From positions 1-22,832 of the forward strand of contig JAFGOT010000026.1 in the NCBI GenBank assembly GCA_016926395.1: DNA of 22,832 nt, given 5' to 3'. Of the stretch, positions 1 to 7,298 are shown in pieces. Positions within the stretch are counted from its first letter, which is position 1, and each line of letters starts with the position of its first letter. A program made the position numbers and the translations under genes. The notes under the pieces were generated by a model. That model saw only the letters and a program-made list of their open reading frames with translations. It was not told the DNA's origin and did no database searches. Source of the stretch: Candidatus Woesearchaeota archaeon. Its GTDB lineage: Archaea > Nanobdellota > Nanobdellia > Woesearchaeales > SKGA01.

Positions 1-98
1 ATGAAAACGCCTAGAAGTAAAAACTTATCTAGAACTAATTTCATGATTTCAAATTCTTCACTTTTTGTTAAATGTTTTTTTGGTTTATTTGTTGCCAT
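1..98 (-). CDS. Small hypothetical protein, probably membrane-associated; 3' end runs off the window (not in the ORF track)
   Basis: Manual translation gives MATNKPKKHLTKSEEFEIMKLVLDKFLLLGVF... with no stop. AGGTGA SD at 105-110 overlaps the pilin stop codon and lies 6 nt before ATG 98 (alternative ATG 101). Confidence 0.7.
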   Translation of the reverse strand, partial: MATNKPKKHLTKSEEFEIMKLVLDKFLLLGVF

Positions 99-108
99 CA
101 TAACTCAC

Positions 109-639
109 CTAAGATTGAACTTTTACAAACGCAGAATCTGAAACTGCTTCTTCCATAACACTAGTAGTTGGATTAGGACACATTATAGAAATTGTACAAC
201 CATAAGTTCCACTTTTACCAGATGGAGTGATAATTGAACCAAGTTTTTTGGATTCACCAGAAGGAACTTTTAATTCAATTGCTTCTTGAGCTAAAGAAAT
301 ATCTGCTGAAGAACAACTAATATTTAACTTAGCATTGACATCACAACCCGTAAAATCTGCATTGTAGAAGCCAACAACTAATTGATTTTCTTTGTTGTTT
401 TTTAACTCAATATTGTTGATGTTGGTAATTGGTTTTTCTGCAGTCGCGGGTTCAGTTAAATCCATTTCTTGTAAAGAACTCATAAGTTTATCTTTACCAG
501 AACCAAGTACGCCTCGAATTAAACCTAAACCTAATCCAAGAACTGCCATTGCCATAACTAAGATAACAATCGCGTTGATAGAAAGCTGCATAGAAGCTGT
601 TCGACTTCTTTTTTTATAAGGACCGAATAATTTAGTCAT
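109..639 (-). CDS. Archaeal type IV pilin-like protein with class III signal peptide
   Basis: Basic N-terminus KKRSRTA, then SMQLSINAIVILVMAMAVLGLGLGLI hydrophobic helix. Four Cys in the globular part. GAGGTGA SD at 650-656. Confidence 0.75.
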   Translation of the reverse strand: MTKLFGPYKKRSRTASMQLSINAIVILVMAMAVLGLGLGLIRGVLGSGKDKLMSSLQEMDLTEPATAEKPITNINNIELKNNKENQLVVGFYNADFTGCDVNAKLNISCSSADISLAQEAIELKVPSGESKKLGSIITPSGKSGTYGCTISIMCPNPTTSVMEEAVSDSAFVKVQS

Positions 640-730
640 TTTAGTACACTCACCTCACACAATAATTTCCAGAAAAACCGCAGAATAACGGTCTGAAATA
701 TAAGTGCAATACAAAAAAATCGGGTTTTTC

Positions 731-745
731 ATTTATATATCTTTC
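731..745 (-). promoter_or_regulatory. BRE/TATA promoter for the pilin operon
   Basis: Minus strand reads GAAAG-ATATATAAAT, about 90 nt upstream of the pilin ATG, implying a leadered mRNA containing the SD. Confidence 0.5.
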
Positions 746-751
746 TATAAA

Positions 752-2266
752 TCAAGATTTTAAAGTCAGAAAAGCCCATTCCTTAAAAGAAGCAAATTTT
801 GGGTTTAAAGGCAAAAATAAATCAAGATCATTAAAAATAGAGGTATCTTTATAGGAAAAATAACAATAAGTCTTTCTTGAAATAAAATAATTTTTTAGTA
901 AAAGATACATTTCCTCAAAACAAGCCTCAAGTTCATCTCTCAAACGACCATCAACTTCTTCAAAATAACAAATATCCTTGATTTTAACACCATATTTAGA
1001 AGGATTTTTGTTCATATCACCAGAAATATAGAACCTAAAGGCATAAACTAAATCAATGAAAGGTAGAGCAATATCGATATTTGAAAATGAATCCGATAAA
1101 GATTTCGCGCTTTGAAAAGGAATCCCATAGATTAAATTTATTTTAGTGATAATTCCTGCATCATGAACATTTTTTAAGGTACTTACAATATCAGAAATTT
1201 TAAATCCTTTATCCATCAAATCAAGATCTTTTTGAGAGAAGCTTTCAACACCAAATGTCAAGGAAACACAACCAGATAGTTTTAGCTTTTCAGCCAAAGA
1301 GGGAGATATTTTTTCTGGACGAGCAGAATCAGACCAACGAATTTTCAATTCAGAAAAAACATCCAAATAAGGAACAATAAAACTTTCAGAAACATTAACA
1401 GTATTATTTAAAAAATAAAAATTATTTGAATTAGTTTGAGATTTTAATAAATCAAGATCTTTTTTTACATCAGCAGGTTTTTTTGCAAAAAAATCTTGAG
1501 ATAAACAAAAACGACAAAAAGAACAGTTGTGAGGACAACCATCCATAAAACGATAAGGAATAAGAATTTCTCCAGATGGATGAATTGATCTATAACTATC
1601 AATATTAAAATTAGAAAAATCAGGGCAAAGCAAAGGAGTTTTTTTTGAAGATTGAATATCTGAAAAAGTAACAACATTATTTTTTCTAAAATAAATTGAA
1701 GGAACAGAAGTTAAGTTGGAACCTGAAGACAACGCAAATAAAAGAGGAGCAACATCACCCATAGAACCAGTTGCAACAACATCTATAAAAGAATACTTTT
1801 CTAATAAAACACCCTTAGAAAATTTAATGTTATCATTAAAAAAAGTACCTCCAAATACAATTTTAACATCAGGATTAAGCTCTTTTAACAATTTTGCAAG
1901 TAACAAAGATGAATTAATATCACAAGAATAAGGAACAGAAAACAAAGCCACATTAGGAACTTGTTTTATATAAGAATTAAATAGAACTTTGATTGAATCA
2001 AAATAAGTGAAAATTAATTTTTCAGGCGTTGAATTTGGAGAGCCACCTGCTAAATAATCCTTAAAAAAGCTTTTTTTTAAAGCAGAATAATTAAAAATAC
2101 CTTTTTTTCTGGCAAGATAAAGCTCAACGTTCAAATCCAAAACAGAAACATCAGGGCTGATAGATTTAGCAACAGAATTTAATTCTCCAAGAAATAAAGG
2201 AAGTAAAGGAACTTCAACGTTATTGCGCAAAGATGAGAAGCCCGCCCCTACAATTAACAAATCCAT
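752..2266 (-). CDS. Cobalamin-binding-domain radical SAM protein (class B-like architecture), substrate unknown
   Basis: CxxxCxxC motif GCPHNCSFC (1514-1537). Upstream segment LAKLLKELNPDVKIVFGG is typical of the B12-binding domain. Downstream LSGCVSLTFGVESFSQ and NLIYGIPFQ are typical radical SAM core motifs. Confidence 0.88.
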   Translation of the reverse strand: MDLLIVGAGFSSLRNNVEVPLLPLFLGELNSVAKSISPDVSVLDLNVELYLARKKGIFNYSALKKSFFKDYLAGGSPNSTPEKLIFTYFDSIKVLFNSYIKQVPNVALFSVPYSCDINSSLLLAKLLKELNPDVKIVFGGTFFNDNIKFSKGVLLEKYSFIDVVATGSMGDVAPLLFALSSGSNLTSVPSIYFRKNNVVTFSDIQSSKKTPLLCPDFSNFNIDSYRSIHPSGEILIPYRFMDGCPHNCSFCRFCLSQDFFAKKPADVKKDLDLLKSQTNSNNFYFLNNTVNVSESFIVPYLDVFSELKIRWSDSARPEKISPSLAEKLKLSGCVSLTFGVESFSQKDLDLMDKGFKISDIVSTLKNVHDAGIITKINLIYGIPFQSAKSLSDSFSNIDIALPFIDLVYAFRFYISGDMNKNPSKYGVKIKDICYFEEVDGRLRDELEACFEEMYLLLKNYFISRKTYCYFSYKDTSIFNDLDLFLPLNPKFASFKEWAFLTLKS

Positions 2267-2289
2267 AATTAAAAAATAAATAAAACTCT

Positions 2290-2357
2290 TTTAAAAACAT
2301 AATGGGTAAAAAGCGTAAAAAATGTCAATTTTTGCAAAAAACAATAAGCTTTAAAAA
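2290..2357. promoter_or_regulatory. Divergent TATA boxes (radical SAM gene and C39-like gene)
   Basis: TTTTTAAA on - at 2290-2297, about 24 nt before ATG 2266. TTTAAAAA on + at about 2350-2357, about 28 nt before ATG 2385. Both fit leaderless transcripts. Confidence 0.45.
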
Positions 2358-2384
2358 GAGACTTAACTGCCATAAATATTGAAA

Positions 2385-2993
2385 ATGGTATTTGAGTCAT
2401 ATAAACAAACAACTAATTATACAGGAGCTTCAAGCGCTCTAATGACCATAATTCACAACTTTGACGAAAAGTACGAACTTAACGAAGACAACGAACTTGA
2501 AATTTGGTTAAAAAGTGCAATATTACCAACAAGAGCATCATCGGTTTTTGGATTGGCATTATTTGCAAAAGAAAAAGGGCTTCAACCAAAAATAATAATT
2601 GAAGATGCAAGCTACACATATCCTGATTACAGATTTAAAAGATACACAAAAAAACAAATAGAACTGGCTGGCAAAATTGCAGACAGATATAAACACAAAT
2701 GTGATGAGCAAGGAATAATAATTGTTGAACGAGATTTTGATGTTAATTATATCGATAGTATGCTTGCAAAAGAAAAACTCCTATTAGTACGACTTAATGC
2801 AGGAAGATTGCGAGGAACAAAAAGTACTTCTAAATACATAGTAATATACAAAAAAAGCAAAACAGATCCAGACAAATATTTTGTTATGGATCCAAGACGA
2901 CGAAGAAAAAAAGTGACTCGAGAAATGCTTGAAGAAGCACTTGAAGAATTGAAGACTAAGAAAAAGCGTGAAAAGTGTATGATTATATTTTAG
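2385..2993 (+). CDS. Peptidase C39-like (DUF3335-like) protein, catalytic Cys and His apparently absent
   Basis: YKQTTNYTGASSALM, ELEIWLKS...FGLALFAKEKG and YIVI...YFVMDP follow the C39-like motif order. ATG 2385 is preferred over the track's TTG 2379. Confidence 0.65.
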   Translation: MVFESYKQTTNYTGASSALMTIIHNFDEKYELNEDNELEIWLKSAILPTRASSVFGLALFAKEKGLQPKIIIEDASYTYPDYRFKRYTKKQIELAGKIADRYKHKCDEQGIIIVERDFDVNYIDSMLAKEKLLLVRLNAGRLRGTKSTSKYIVIYKKSKTDPDKYFVMDPRRRRKKVTREMLEEALEELKTKKKREKCMIIF

Positions 2994-2996
2994 ACT

Positions 2997-3446
2997 ATGA
3001 AAGCTGAAACATTGAAAATAAATGACAAAGTTCAACTATCAGGAATGTTTATCTACAATGAAAAAGATGAACTTTTACTTCTTCATAAAATAAAACATGA
3101 CCACTATGAAACTCCCGGTGGTAAAGTTGATCTGACAGATTGCAAAGATTCAAACAATCCAACAGAACTGGATTTACGAAATGCCGCAATAAGAGAAGTG
3201 TTTGAAGAACTGGGACAAGGATTTATTTTCGAAGAACCAGAATTTGTTAAAGGAATAGATTTCATAAAACCAGATGGTGAAATTGCAACAGCTAACAAAT
3301 TCAAAACAAAAATCCTGTTTGGAAAACCAATAATAAACGAACCAGTTTTTGATGAAATTAAATGGTTTAGTAAAAAAGACCTAAGAAAAGAAGATTCAAA
3401 AATAAGTCCTGATTTGAAGCTATTTCTAAAAGAAAATTTAATTTAA
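2997..3446 (+). CDS. NUDIX hydrolase
   Basis: LLLLHK...YETPGGKVD and AAIREVFEELG form a Nudix box with an insertion between its halves. The gene starts 3 nt after the upstream stop. Confidence 0.85.
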   Translation: MKAETLKINDKVQLSGMFIYNEKDELLLLHKIKHDHYETPGGKVDLTDCKDSNNPTELDLRNAAIREVFEELGQGFIFEEPEFVKGIDFIKPDGEIATANKFKTKILFGKPIINEPVFDEIKWFSKKDLRKEDSKISPDLKLFLKENLI

Positions 3447-3462
3447 AACAAAATAAAAAAAT

Positions 3463-4722
3463 CTAAAGCAAGCTTCTATAGTCAGCTATAACTACGCCTT
3501 GCACCTCATCAGGACTTGAAACGGCATAAAGTTTCCCCTTACTATGATCAACAATTGTAGTTGCCATTTTCTCGCCAAGTTTATCTAAAGCAATTCCCAC
3601 AACGGAAATAGTAATATCTTGAGCAATAGCTTTTCCTATTTCGTCAAGAACAGCTCCTTCGGGATTATTAGAAGTTGTATGAAGACCATCAGTAATAAGA
3701 ACAATGTGTTTTATTCCGGTTTCATTTTCAAGTAAACGAACACCTTGACGAACAGCTAAAGCAATATCTGTTTCTTGACCAGGAGTGCTAAGAGCAAGAG
3801 GTTTCACAAAGGACATGAAGTCTTTAGTTAATCCGACACTTTTTTCAATATCACTTCCAAAAATAACAAGACCAACTTTGTTATTATCACGGATAGCACG
3901 ATGACCTAAAGCAACACCTGAACGTTTTGCAAGACGAAGCTTCTCACCTTTCATACTACCACTTGTATCAAGAGCATAAACAATATTTACTTTTTGACGA
4001 GCTTCCCTATCAAAAGATTTTAAATCATCAACAATTAATTCTTTGTGACCTCGACGAATAGCTTTAGCTACTGATTGACGCACAGCAATATCTCTGTAAG
4101 GATCATGTTTTTTGAAATCACGAATCGTACTTCTTTCACCAGTTTGATCACGAGCTTTATGAACAGGCTCGCCTAATTGAGAGTAACCAGTATTTGTATG
4201 TTCAAATTCTTCTCTAATTAAAAATAATGCTGCAGTATTAAGTGCATCAGGAGAAAACTTACCACTAGCACCAATCATCCCTTTATTCTTAAGTTCGTCA
4301 GCTTTATCTTTTAACTTTTTTTGAAGTTCACGTTGAAACTCAGGAATTTTAGCATTTTTATCAATAAAACGAGGATCATAACCAGAAAGTTCTCTGATTA
4401 AAGTTTCACCATAAAGTTTTTTTGCATTCTTATAATCTTTAACAAGTTCTTTAAACATAACATCAGGCAAGAAAGAACCAATATTTTGATTGAAAGCTTC
4501 TTCAACAACAACGCCATCATCAATATTATCAGTATCGACCTCCATAACAGAATTAGCTAGACGATCCTTATCATCCATGCTATTAGCAAGATGACCATCA
4601 ACTTCTTCGCCTTCTTCGCCCTTCTCAATAGACATGTCAGCCCTGTCTTGAGAAAGTAATTCTTCTTCTAAACCTTCGCCAGGGTTACCGATTTGAGGTT
4701 TGTTAGGGAGAATCTCCGTCAT
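3463..4722 (-). CDS. VWA-domain protein, ChlD-like partner of the adjacent AAA+ ATPase
   Basis: MIDAS residues DTSGS, GQETDI and LITDG. Acidic N-terminal region. RDIAVRQSVAKAIRRG resembles the ChlD pre-VWA segment. Start is uncertain: ATG 4722 overlaps the ATPase gene by 20 nt, while the track's 4773 overlaps by 71 nt. Confidence 0.85.
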   Translation of the reverse strand: MTEILPNKPQIGNPGEGLEEELLSQDRADMSIEKGEEGEEVDGHLANSMDDKDRLANSVMEVDTDNIDDGVVVEEAFNQNIGSFLPDVMFKELVKDYKNAKKLYGETLIRELSGYDPRFIDKNAKIPEFQRELQKKLKDKADELKNKGMIGASGKFSPDALNTAALFLIREEFEHTNTGYSQLGEPVHKARDQTGERSTIRDFKKHDPYRDIAVRQSVAKAIRRGHKELIVDDLKSFDREARQKVNIVYALDTSGSMKGEKLRLAKRSGVALGHRAIRDNNKVGLVIFGSDIEKSVGLTKDFMSFVKPLALSTPGQETDIALAVRQGVRLLENETGIKHIVLITDGLHTTSNNPEGAVLDEIGKAIAQDITISVVGIALDKLGEKMATTIVDHSKGKLYAVSSPDEVQGVVIADYRSLL

Positions 4723-5698
4723 CAAGAGAGACGGACTGCTCATCACAAAACTTACTGAATTCATCCTTAACATATTTCAAAGGATTCTTCACATAAGCAA
4801 CACTAGGTTTAAGTTTTATACGATGACCAATAACAATAGGAAGAGCTTCATAGATATCAATACCTCGAACAGTGTCTTTCCCATTAAGAATAGCAAGAGC
4901 CTGAGCTTGTTCATACAAACCAATAGAGGCACGAACACTAGGGATTTTTTCAAGGTCAGGATTTCGTCTTAAGTCACGAACAAAAGTAATCATTTGAGAA
5001 AATAAAACAGTTGGAAAATCACAAATTTCTTTTCCTCGTTTTCTAACAATAACTTCTTCATCTTTTTGAAGAGTTGGATAATGAACATAAATCAAATCAA
5101 ATCTATCAAGAAGAACATCACTAAGAGGTTCGGTGTTAGTATCCTCAGGATTCATCGTACCAACAAATACAAAGTCAACAGGGATGTCAACATCAAAATT
5201 ACCAATAGTAACTCGACCTTCTTCAAGAACTTGCAGAAGAGCATTCTGTAATCTTTGAGAACAACGATTTAACTCATCAAAAAATAATATACCATTATTA
5301 GCCTTAAAAATTTTACCAGGAGTAAAAGCTTGAGCAGAAAGAGGACCAAATTCCATCGCTTTAATAGGATCAATATCACCAATTAAATCTTCAACAGTAA
5401 GGTCGGGACTTCCTTGTACACGAACAAAAAGTTCATCACCAGTAAACTCTCTTGTTTTAACATTAGGATCTTGAGCAGGACAAATACAATCAGGAGTCGT
5501 ATGAAATTTATCATCAGTTAGAACTTGCGGTTTGATAAAAGAAGCAATATCTTTTACAAGAGTGGTTTTACCCATACCAGGACCACCAACAAGAACAATA
5601 TGACGATGCAACATAAGTGCAGAAACAACTTGTTTTTTGATATCAGCCAACCCTACAATAGAGGGGAAAGGATTTTCGGATAGATTTGTGAATTCCAT
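4703..5698 (-). CDS. AAA+ ATPase, MoxR/ChlI (chelatase subunit I-like) clade
   Basis: Walker A GGPGMGKTT, EDLIGDID...FTPG, Walker B ILFFDELNR, GTMNPED, Arg finger LLDRF, and SVRAS in the helical lid. Confidence 0.9.
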   Translation of the reverse strand: MEFTNLSENPFPSIVGLADIKKQVVSALMLHRHIVLVGGPGMGKTTLVKDIASFIKPQVLTDDKFHTTPDCICPAQDPNVKTREFTGDELFVRVQGSPDLTVEDLIGDIDPIKAMEFGPLSAQAFTPGKIFKANNGILFFDELNRCSQRLQNALLQVLEEGRVTIGNFDVDIPVDFVFVGTMNPEDTNTEPLSDVLLDRFDLIYVHYPTLQKDEEVIVRKRGKEICDFPTVLFSQMITFVRDLRRNPDLEKIPSVRASIGLYEQAQALAILNGKDTVRGIDIYEALPIVIGHRIKLKPSVAYVKNPLKYVKDEFSKFCDEQSVSLDDGDSP

Positions 5699-5723
5699 TA
5701 ACTCAAGTCAGAAGATGAATTTA

Positions 5724-5752
5724 TTTATAAACGTAACCGGAAAGTATTAAAA
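5724..5752. promoter_or_regulatory. Divergent TATA boxes (AAA+ ATPase and P-loop kinase)
   Basis: TTTATAAA at 5724-5731, about 26 nt before ATG 5698 (-). GAAAG-TATTAAAA at 5740-5752, about 24 nt before ATG 5776 (+). Confidence 0.5.
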
Positions 5753-5763
5753 GCAAAGACATC

Positions 5764-6279
5764 ATGCAACCAATTATGCGACCAAGAAAAATCTTGATTA
5801 CAGGCGAAGCTGGTCGCGGTAAAACAACATTAGCAAATGAACTTTCTAAGAAACTTAACATAAAACAATTCTCAACAGATGACTTTTTGTGGAAGAAAAA
5901 ATATAGCGAACAAAACAGTAGAAATGAAGCATGTAAACTCATAAATAAAAAAGTTTATTCGCAAAAACAATGGATTGTTGAAGGAACTTCAAAAGATATT
6001 ATAGCAAAAGGGTTAGAGGATTCCGATATAATAGTGTACATGAAACATAAAACATTAGTTGGTCAATATTATTGGTTAATAAAAAGACACTTTACTCGAG
6101 ACTATGAAACAAAAAAAGAATTAGTAGAAATGTTAATTCATGTTACGAGAAAAAGATATAACATAGGTGCTTATTATAAGAACCCACAAACAAAAGATGT
6201 TGTTAAAAAATATCAAAATAAAATAATAACAATCAAATCTTTAAAAGAAAAAAATAAATTTCTAAAAACTATAAATTAG
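5764..6279 (+). CDS. P-loop NTPase, adenylate-kinase-like / FlaR-like family
   Basis: KILITGEAGRGKTTLANELSKKL, STDDFLW and WIVEG. The true start may be ATG 5776. Confidence 0.8.
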   Translation: MQPIMRPRKILITGEAGRGKTTLANELSKKLNIKQFSTDDFLWKKKYSEQNSRNEACKLINKKVYSQKQWIVEGTSKDIIAKGLEDSDIIVYMKHKTLVGQYYWLIKRHFTRDYETKKELVEMLIHVTRKRYNIGAYYKNPQTKDVVKKYQNKIITIKSLKEKNKFLKTIN

Positions 6280-7129
6280 CTCGTTCTAAAACTAATACAA
6301 CAATAAAGCCTAAAGCGAAGAAAATCCCAGTTAACAAATAATTTGGAATTCCTGAAAGCAAAACTTTTCTAATAGGAATCACAAGTGAACCAACAATCAA
6401 ACCAATAAGAAAGTAAAGCGTGGCAGAGTGATATTTTTTTAGAAGGTAAGCGATGAGTTTTGAAACAAGAACGGCACCAACAAGCATCCCAATCCCAAAA
6501 CCACCAATTGAAATTAAATTACTAAAAGGATCAGAAACTACAGACAACATAAACTCATACACGCCAAGCAACAATAAAATAAGAGAACCAGAAATACCAG
6601 GGAAGAACAGAGCACTTACGCCAAAAAAACCAGCTAAAACAAGATACCAAAAAGGCGGATTTGTCAGATTATGAGGGACAATAAACAAAAAAGACACGCC
6701 CAAAATAATTCCTAAAAGGGTAAAAACAATAGTTGTAGAAAGTTTATGATCTTTAATTTGATGATAAATAAAGAAACCCGAAGCAACAATTAAACCAATA
6801 AAAAAAGAGATAGTATAAGCATAATGAACTTCCAAAAGTTTCAAAATACCAGTAGCTCCAACAAACAACATCGTTAAAGAACCAGAAACAACTGTTAATA
6901 CAAAAGGTAAGTCTAAACTTTTTACATAAGACCTTGACAGTCGTTTCTCTTTTGAGGATTTGTTAAACTTAAAACAAGCAATAGATTTCTTAACAGAAAA
7001 AGACCCTATTGCACTAATTAATCTCTCATAAACTCCAAGAATTAAAGCCATAGTTCCTCCTGAAACACCAGGAATAAGAGAACAAACACCCATTGCAAGT
7101 CCTTTTAGATAATTAAGAAAACCTTTCAT
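6269..7129 (-). CDS. DUF368 family membrane protein (polyprenyl-phosphate transporter family)
   Basis: GLAMGVCSLIPGVSGGTMALILGVYERLI and its internal repeat ALFFPGISGSLILLLLGVYE. Multiple hydrophobic helices. Confidence 0.9.
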   Translation of the reverse strand: MKGFLNYLKGLAMGVCSLIPGVSGGTMALILGVYERLISAIGSFSVKKSIACFKFNKSSKEKRLSRSYVKSLDLPFVLTVVSGSLTMLFVGATGILKLLEVHYAYTISFFIGLIVASGFFIYHQIKDHKLSTTIVFTLLGIILGVSFLFIVPHNLTNPPFWYLVLAGFFGVSALFFPGISGSLILLLLGVYEFMLSVVSDPFSNLISIGGFGIGMLVGAVLVSKLIAYLLKKYHSATLYFLIGLIVGSLVIPIRKVLLSGIPNYLLTGIFFALGFIVVLVLERANL

Positions 7130-7253
7130 TTAGAAATAAAACAATTTCTTTTAGAATATAAAACTTTGTAGAAAAAAATAATTAGCTAAAGCTTAATGGA
7201 ATCAGTAACAACAAATTCTAACAACAAAATCAATCTTTAAAGAATAAGAGTTA

Positions 7254-7298
7254 AGAAAAATAAAGAAAAGAAAAGAAAAATAAAAGGTCTAAAGACCC
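7254..7298 (-). terminator. Probable terminator of the S-layer gene
   Basis: On -, directly after the stop: a GGTC-TTTA-GACC mini hairpin (7286-7297), then a long T-rich tract (TTTTATTTTTCTTTTCTTTTCTTTATTTTTC). Confidence 0.6.

Noticed and set aside
752-2266. Naming the radical SAM gene as Cfr/RlmN, MiaB or a specific methyltransferase
   Set aside because: No diagnostic Cfr/RlmN or UPF0004/TRAM features were recognised. Only the general B12-binding plus radical SAM architecture is supported.
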